Positions 53,201 through 64,000 of a stretch of DNA of 64,000 nt are shown here, in pieces. The first letter of the stretch is position 1, and every line of letters begins with the position of its first letter. Source of the DNA: Eledone cirrhosa. Its lineage: Eukaryota. The stretch lies in assembly GCA_964016885.1 (NCBI GenBank), contig OZ024742.1, positions 13,454,001 to 13,518,000 on the forward strand. Direction: 5' to 3'. The position numbers were made by a program, and so were the translations under genes. A model generated the notes under the pieces. The model ran no database searches. It was not told where the DNA came from and saw nothing but the letters and a program-made list of their open reading frames with translations.

Positions 53201-56200
53201 GATGTACTATAGTGTACAGTGATATACAGTTATACTGATGTACTATAGTATATAGTGATATATAGATATACTGATGTACTATAGTGTACAGTGATATATA
53301 GATATACTGATTACTATAGTGTACAGTGATATATATATATACTGATGTACTATAGTGTACAGTGATATATAGATATACTGATGTACTGTAGTGTACAGTG
53401 ATATATAGATACACTGATGTACTATAGTGTATAGTGATATATAGATATACTGATGTACTATAGTGTACAGTGATATATAGATATACTGATGTACTATAGT
53501 ATACAATGATATAGAAATATACTGATGTACTATAGTGTACAGTGATATACAGATATACTGATGTACTATAGTATATAGTGATATATAGATATACTGATGT
53601 ACTATAGTATATAGTGATATATAGATACACTGATGTACTATAGTGTATAGTGATATATAGATATACTGATGTACTATAGTATATAGTGATATATAGATAT
53701 ACTGATGTACTATAGGATATAGTCTTATATAGATACAGTGATGTACTATAGCGTACAGTGATATATAGATATACTGATGTACTATAGTATATAGTGATAT
53801 ATAGATACACTGATGTACTATAGTGTATAATGATATATAGGTATACTGATGTACTATAGTGTATAGTGATATATAGATATACTGATGTACTATAGTGTAC
53901 AGTCATATATAGCTATACTGATGTACTATAGTGTATAGTGATATATAGATACACTGATGTACTATAGTGTATAGTGATATATAGATAGACTGATGTACTA
54001 TAGTGTATAGTGATATATAGATATACTGATGTACTATATTGTATCGTGATATATAGATATACTGATGTACTATAGTGTATAGTGATATATAGATACACTG
54101 ATGTACTATAGTGTATAGTGATATATAGATACACTGATGTACTATAGTGTATAGTGATATATAGATATACTGACGTACTATAGTGTATAGTGATATATAG
54201 ATACACTGATGTACTCTAGTGTATAGTGATATATAGATATACTGATGTACTATAGTGTATAGTGATATATAGATATACTGATGTACTATAGTGTATAGTG
54301 ATATATAGATACACTGATGTACTATAGTGTATAGTGATAAATAGATATACTGATGTACTATAGTGTATAGTGATATATATATACACTGATGTACTATAGT
54401 GTATAGTGATATATATATATACTGATGTACTATAGTGTATAGTGATATATAGATATACTGATGTACTATAGTATATAGTGATATATAGATATACTGATGT
54501 ACTATAGGATATAGTCTTATATAGATACAGTGATGTACTATAGCGTACAGTGATATATAGATATACTGATGTACTATAGTATATAGTGATATATAGATAC
54601 ACTGATGTACTATAGTGTATAATGATATATAGGTATACTGATGTACTATAGTGTATAGTGATATATAGATATACTGATGTACTATAGTGTACAGTCATAT
54701 ATAGCTATACTGATGTACTATAGTGTATAGTGATATATAGATACACTGATGTACTATAGTGTATAGTGATATATAGATACACTGATGTACTATAGTGTAT
54801 AGTGATATATAGATATACTGACGTACTATAGTGTATAGTGATATATAGATACACTGATGTACTATAGTGTATAGTGATATATAGATATACTGATGTACTA
54901 TAGTGTATAGTGATATATAGATATACTGATGTACTATAGTGTATAGTGATATATAGATACACTGATGTACTATAGTGTATAGTGATAAATAGATATACTG
55001 ATGTACTATAGTGTATAGTGATATATATATACACTGATGTACTATAGTGTATAGTGATATATATATATACTGATGTACTATAGTGTATAGTGATATATAG
55101 ATATACTGATGTACTATAGTGTACAGTGATATATAGATATACTGATGTACTATAGTATACAGTGATATAGAAATATACTGATGTACTATAGTGTACAGTG
55201 ATATACAGTTATACTGATGTACTATAGTATATAGTGATATATAGATATACTGATGTACTATAGTGTACAGTGATATATAGATATACTGATTACTATAGTG
55301 TACAGTGATATATATATATACTGATGTACTATAGTGTACAGTGATATATAGATATACTGATGTACTGTAGTGTACAGTGATATATAGATACACTGATGTA
55401 CTATAGTGTATAGTGATATATAGATATACTGATGTACTATAGTGTACAGTGATATATAGATATACTGATGTACTATAGTATACAATGATATAGAAATATA
55501 CTGATGTACTATAGTGTACAGTGATATACAGATATACTGATGTACTATAGTATATAGTGATATATAGATATACTGATGTACTATAGTATATAGTGATATA
55601 TAGATACACTGATGTACTATAGTGTATAGTGATATATAGATATACTGATGTACTATAGTATATAGTGATATATAGATATACTGATGTACTATAGGATATA
55701 GTCTTATATAGATACAGTGATGTACTATAGCGTACAGTGATATATAGATATACTGATGTACTATAGTATATAGTGATATATAGATACACTGATGTACTAT
55801 AGTGTATAATGATATATAGGTATACTGATGTACTATAGTGTATAGTGATATATAGATATACTGATGTACTATAGTGTACAGTCATATATAGCTATACTGA
55901 TGTACTATAGTGTATAGTGATATATAGATACACTGATGTACTATAGTGTATAGTGATATATAGATAGACTGATGTACTATAGTGTATAGTGATATATAGA
56001 TATACTGATGTACTATATTGTATCGTGATATATAGATATACTGATGTACTATAGTGTATAGTGATATATAGATACACTGATGTACTATAGTGTATAGTGA
56101 TATATAGATACACTGATGTACTATAGTGTATAGTGATATATAGATATACTGACGTACTATAGTGTATAGTGATATATAGATACACTGATGTACTCTAGTG

Positions 56201-59200
56201 TATAGTGATATATAGATATACTGATGTACTATAGTGTATAGTGATATATAGATATACTGATGTACTATAGTGTATAGTGATATATAGATACACTGATGTA
56301 CTATAGTGTATAGTGATAAATAGATATACTGATGTACTATAGTGTATAGTGATATATATATACACTGATGTACTATAGTGTATAGTGATATATATATATA
56401 CTGATGTACTATAGTGTATAGTGATATATAGATATACTGATGTACTATAGTGTATAGTGATATATAGATATACTGATGTACTATAGTATATAGTGATATA
56501 TAGATACACTGGTGTACTATTGTGTATAGTGATATATAGATATACTGATGTACTATAGTGTACAGTGATATATAGATATACTGATGTACTATAGTATACA
56601 GTGATATAGAAATATACTGATGTACTATAGTGTACAGTGATATACAGTTATACTGATGTACTATAGTATATAGTGATATATAGATATACTGATGTACTAT
56701 AGTATATAGTGATATATAGATACACTGATGTACTATAGTGTATAGTGATATATAGATATACTGATGTACTATAGTATATAGTGATATATAGATACACTGA
56801 TGTACTATAGTGTATAATGATATATAGATATATTGATGTACTATAGTGTATAGTGATATATAGATATACTGATGTACTATAGTGTACAGTCATATATCGA
56901 TATACTGATGTACTATAGTGTATAGTGATATATAAATATACTGATGTACTATAGTGTACAGTGATATATAGATACACTGATGTACTATAGTATACAGTGA
57001 TATATAGATGTACTATAGTGTATAGTGATATATAGATACACTGATGTATTATAGTATACAGTGATATATAGATATACTGATGTACTATAGTGTATAGTGA
57101 TATATAGATATACTGATGTACTATAGTATACAGTGATATATAGATATACTGATGTACTATAGTATATAGTGATATATAGATACACTGATGTACTATAGCG
57201 TACAGTGATATATAGATATACTGATGTACTATAGTATATAGTGATATATAGATACACTGATATACTATAGTGTATAATGATATATAGATATACTGATGTA
57301 CTATAGTGTATAGTGATATATAGATATACTGATGTACTATAGTGTATAGTGATATATAGATACACTGATGTACTATAGTGTACAGTGTTATATAGATATA
57401 CTGATGTACTATAGTGTATAGTGAGATATAGATATACTGATGTACTATAGTGTATAGTGATATATAGATATACTGATGTACTATAGTGTATAGTGATATA
57501 TAGATATACTGATGTACTATAGTGTATAGTGATATATAGATATACTGATGTACTTTAGTATATAGTGATATATAGATATACTGATGTACTATAGTGTACA
57601 GTGATATATAGATATCCTGATGTACTATAGTGTATAGTGATATATAGATATACTGATGTACTATAGTGTATAGTGATATATAGATATACTGATGTACTAT
57701 AGTGTATAGTGATATATAGATATACTGATGTACTATAGTGTATAGTGATATATAGATATACTGATGTACTATAGTGTATAGTGTTATATAGATATACTGA
57801 TGTACTTTAGTATATAGTGATATATAGATATACTGATGTACTATAGTATACAGTGATATATATATATACTGATGTACTATAGTCTATAGTGATATACAGA
57901 TATACTGATGTACTATAGTATATAGTGATATATAGATATACTGATGTACAATAGTATATAGTGATATATAGATACACTGATGTACTATAGCGTACAGTGA
58001 TATAAAGGTATATTGATGTACTATAGTATATAGTGATATACAGATACACTGATGTACTATAGTGTATAATGATATATAGATATATTGATGTACTATAGTG
58101 TATAGTGATATATAGATATACTGATGTACTATAGTGTACAGTCATATATAGATATACTGAATTACTATAGTGTATAGTGATATAGAAATATACTGATGTA
58201 CTATAGTGTACAGTGATATACAGATATACTGATGTACTATAGTATATAGTGATATATAGATATACTGATGTACTATAGTATATAGTGATATATAGATACA
58301 CTGATGTACTATAGTGTATAGTGATATATAGATATACTGATGTACTATAGTATATAGTGATATATAGATATACTGATGTACTATAGGATATAGTCTTATA
58401 TAGATACAGTGATGTACTATAGCGTACAGTGATATATAGATATACTGATGTACTATAGTATATAGTGATATATAGATACACTGATGTACTATAGTGTATA
58501 ATGATATATAGGTATACTGATGTACTATAGTGTATAGTGATATATAGATATACTGATGTACTATAGTGTACAGTCATATATAGCTATACTGATGTACTAT
58601 AGTGTATAGTGATATATAGATACACTGATGTACTATAGTGTATAGTGATATATAGATAGACTGATGTACTATAGTGTATAGTGATATATAGATATACTGA
58701 TGTACTATAGTGTATAGTGATATATAGATAGACTGATGTACTATAGTGTATAGTGATATATAGATATACTGATGTACTATATTGTATCGTGATATATAGA
58801 TATACTGATGTACTATAGTGTATAGTGATATATAGATACACCAATGTACTATAGTGTATAGTGATATATAGATATACTGATGTACTATAGTGTATAGTGA
58901 TATATAGATACACTGATGTAATATAGTGTATAGTGATATATAGATTCACTGATGTACTATAGTATATAGTGATATATAGATACACTGATGTACTATAGTA
59001 TACAGTGATATATAGATATACTGATGTACTATAGTATATAGTGATATATAGATATACTGATGTACTATAGTATATAGTGATATATAGATATACTGATGTA
59101 CTATAGTGTACAGTGATATATAGATACACTGATGTACTATAGTATACAGAGATATATAGATATACTGATGTACTATAGTGTAGAGATATATAGATATACT

Positions 59201-62200
59201 GATGTACTATAGTGTATAGTGATATTTAGATATACTGATGTACTATAGTGTACAGTGATATATAGATACACTGATGTAATATAGTATACAGTGATATATA
59301 GATACACTGATGTACTATAGAGTACAGTGATATATAGATACACTGAGGTACTATAGTGTACAGTGATATATAGATATACTGATGTACTATAGTGTACAGT
59401 GATATATAGATATACTGATGTACTATAGTGTATAGTGATATATAGATACACTGATGTACTATAGTGTATAGTGATATATAGATATACTGATGTACTATAG
59501 TATACAGTGATATATAGATATACTGATGTACTATAGTGTACACTGATATATAGATATACTGATGTACTATAGTGTATAGTGATATATAGATACACTGATG
59601 TACTATAGTGTACAGTGATATATAGATATACTGATGTACTATAGTGTACAGTGATATATAGATATCCTGATGTACTATAGTGTATAGTGATATATAGATA
59701 TACTGATGTACTAGAGTGTATAGTGATATATAGATATGCTGATGTACTATAGTGTATAGTGATATATAGACACTGATGTACTATAGTGTACAGTGATATA
59801 TAGATATACTGATGTACTATAGTGTACAGTGATATATAGATATCCTGATATGCTATAGAGTATAGTGATATATAGATATACTGATGTACTATAGTGTATA
59901 GTGATATATAGATATACTGATGTACTATAGTGTATAGTGATATATAGATACACTGATGTACTATAGTGTATAGTGATATATAGATACACTGATGTACTAT
60001 AGTGTATAGTGATATATAGATATACTGATGTACTATAGTGTATAGTGATATATAGATACACTGATGTACTATAGTGTATAGTCATATATAGATATACTGA
60101 TGTACTATAGTGTATAGTGATATATAGATATACTGATGTACTATAGTGTATAGTGATATATAGATACACTGATGTACTATAGGGTATAGTGATATATAGA
60201 TATACTGATGTACTATAGTGTACAGTGATATATAGATATACTGATGTACTATAGTGTACCGTGATATATAGATATACTGATGTACTATAGTGTACAGTGA
60301 TATATAGATATACTGATGTACTATAGTGTACAGTGATATATAGATATACTGATTACTATAGTGTACAGTGATATATATATATACTGATGTACTATAGTGT
60401 ACAGTGATATATAGATATACTGATGTACTGTAGTGTACAGTGATATATAGATACACTGATGTACTATAGTGTATTATGATATATAGATACACTGATGTAC
60501 TATAGTGTACAGTGATATATAGATATACTGATGTACTATAGTGTATAGTGATATATAGATATACTGATGTACTATAGTGTACATTGATATATACATATAC
60601 TGATGTACTATAGTATATAGTGATATATAGATACACGGTTGTACTATAGTGTATAGTGATATATAGATATACTGATGTACTATAGTGTACCGTGATATAT
60701 AGATATACTGATGTACTATAGTGTACAGTGATATATAGATATACTGATTACTATAGTGTACAGTGATATATATATATACTGATGTACTATAGTGTACAGT
60801 GATATATAGATATACTGATGTACTGTAGTGTACAGTGATATATAGATACACTGATGTACTATAGTGTATAGTGATATATAGATATACTGATGTACTATAG
60901 TGTACAGTGATATATAGATATACTGATGTACTATAGTATACAATGATATAGAAATATACTGATGTACTATAGTGTACAGTGATATACAGATATACTGATG
61001 TACTATAGTATATAGTGATATATAGATATACTGATGTACTATAGTATATAGTGATATATAGATACACTGATGTACTATAGTGTATAGTGATATATAGATA
61101 TACTGATGTACTATAGTATATAGTGATATATAGATATACTGATGTACTATAGGATATAGTCTTATATAGATACAGTGATGTACTATAGCGTACAGTGATA
61201 TATAGATATACTGATGTACTATAGTATATAGTGATATATAGATACACTGATGTACTATAGTGTATAATGATATATAGGTATACTGATGTACTATAGTGTA
61301 TAGTGATATATAGATATACTGATGTACTATAGTGTACAGTCATATATAGCTATACTGATGTACTATAGTGTATAGTGATATATAGATACACTGATGTACT
61401 ATAGTGTATAGTGATATATAGATAGACTGATGTACTATAGTGTATAGTGATATATAGATATACTGATGTACTATATTGTATCGTGATATATAGATATACT
61501 GATGTACTATAGTGTATAGTGATATATAGATACACTGATGTACTATAGTGTATAGTGATATATAGATACACTGATGTACTATAGTGTATAGTGATATATA
61601 GATATACTGACGTACTATAGTGTATAGTGATATATAGATACACTGATGTACTATAGTGTATAGTGATATATAGATATACTGATGTACTATAGTGTATAGT
61701 GATATATAGATATACTGATGTACTATAGTGTATAGTGATATATAGATACACTGATGTACTATAGTGTATAGTGATAAATAGATATACTGATGTACTATAG
61801 TGTATAGTGATATATATATACACTGATGTACTATAGTGTATAGTGATATATATATATACTGATGTACTATAGTGTATAGTGATATATAGATATACTGATG
61901 TACTATAGTGTATAGTGATATATAGATATACTGATGTACTATAGTATATAGTGATATATAGATACACTGGTGTACTATTGTGTATAGTGATATATAGATA
62001 TACTGATGTACTATAGTGTACAGTGATATATAGATATACTGATGTACTATAGTATACAGTGATATAGAAATATACTGATGTACTATAGTGTACAGTGATA
62101 TACAGTTATACTGATGTACTATAGTATATAGTGATATATAGATATACTGATGTACTATAGTATATAGTGATATATAGATACACTGATGTACTATAGTGTA

Positions 62201-64000
62201 TAGTGATATATAGATATACTGATGTACTATAGTATATAGTGATATATAGATACACTGATGTACTATAGTGTATAATGATATATAGATATATTGATGTACT
62301 ATAGTGTATAGTGATATATAGATATACTGATGTACTATAGTGTACAGTCATATATCGATATACTGATGTACTATAGTGTATAGTGATATATAAATATACT
62401 CATGTACTATAGTGTACAGTGATATATAGATACACTGATGTACTATAGTATACAGTGATATATAGATGTACTATAGTGTATAGTGATATATAGATACACT
62501 GATGTATTATAGTATACAGTGATATATAGATATACTGATGTACTATAGTGTATAGTGATATATAGATATACTGATGTACTATAGTATACAGTGATATATA
62601 GATATACTGATGTACTATAGTATATAGTGATATATAGATACATTGATGTACTATAGCGTACAGTGATATATAGATATACTGATGTACTATAGTATATAGT
62701 GATATATAGATACACTGATATACTATAGTGTATAATGATATATAGATATACTGATGTACTATAGTGTATAGTGATATATAGATATACTGATGTACTATAG
62801 TGTACAGTCATATATCGATATACTGATGTACTATAGTGTATAGTGATATATAAATATACTGATGTACTATAGTGTACAGTGATATATAGATACACTGATG
62901 TACTATAGTATACAGTGATATATAGATATACTGATGTACTATAGTGTATAGTGATATATAGATACACTGATGTATTATAGTATACAGTGATATATAGATA
63001 TACTGATGTACTATAGTGTATAGTGATATATAGATATACTGATGTACGATAGTGTACAGTCATATATAGATATACTGATGTACTATAGTGTACAGTGATA
63101 TATAGATACACTGATGTACTATAGTATACAGTGATATATAGATATACTGATGTACTATAGTGTACAGTGATATATAAATACACTGATGTATTATAGTATA
63201 TAGTGATATATAGATACACTGATGTACTATAGTATATAGTGATATATAGATATACTGATGTACTATAGTGTATAGTGATATATAGATATACTGATGTACT
63301 ATATTTTATAGTGATATATAGATACACTGATGTACTATAGTGTACAGTGATATATGGATACACTAAGTACTATAGTGTATAGTGATATATAGATATACTG
63401 ATGTACTATAGTTTATAGTGATATATATATACACTGATGTACTATAGTGTATAGTGATATGTAGATATACTGATGTACTATAGTGTATAGTGATATATAA
63501 ATATACTGATGTACTATAGTGTATAGTGATATATAGATACACTGATGTACTATAGTGTACAGTGATATATAGATATACTGATGTACTATAGTGTATAGTG
63601 ATATATAGATATACTGATGTACTATAGTGTACAGTGATATATAGATATACTGATGTACTATAGTATATAGTGATATATAGATGCACTGGTGTACTATAGT
63701 GTATAGTGATATATAGATATACTGATGTACTATAGTGTACAGTGATATATAGATATACTGATGTACTATAGTATACAGTGATATAGAAATATACTGATGT
63801 ACTATAGTGTACAGTGATATACAGTTATACTGATGTACTATAGTATATAGTGATATATAGATACACTGATGTACTATAGTGTATAGTGATATATAGATAT
63901 ACTGATGTACTATAGTGTATAGTAATATATAGATATACTGATGTACTATAGTGTATAGTGATATATAGATACACTGATGTACTATAGGCTATAGTGATAT
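47248..64000. repeat. 36-bp satellite B (GTACTATAGTGTATAGTGATATATAGATATACTGAT), >16.7 kb, running off the window
   Basis: Direct; roughly 465 monomers; recurrent variant blocks. Confidence 0.98.

Noticed and set aside
42235-63686. Long Tyr/Ile-rich ORFs of up to 444 aa
   Set aside because: Translations of 36-bp satellites that lack stops in some frames; no unique flanking coding sequence.

Overview
Repeat-dense eukaryotic DNA with no securely identifiable host gene. The SINE families and microsatellite load resemble an Octopus/cephalopod genome (inference, no search run). Most listed ORFs are artefacts of simple repeats. Real content: a near-complete RTE LINE (23.4-26.7 kb), two 5'-inverted RTE copies, several Penelope-like element (PLE) remnants with RT/GIY-YIG sequence, SINEs, minisatellites and two 36-bp satellites, one filling 47.2-64 kb. 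The main signal is RNA-level. At least seven unrelated families of type I hammerhead ribozyme (HHR) motifs sit next to (TA)n tracts, usually as head-to-head inverted pairs whose sense strands point outward. Highlights: (1) a 310-bp non-coding tandem array with one minimal HHR per unit that flips orientation mid-array (retrozyme-like); (2) a 1-kb inverted repeat carrying an HHR with a compensatory U3-A8 core; (3) two twin-priming-type RTE inversions. All folds were done by eye and ribozyme activity is untested.
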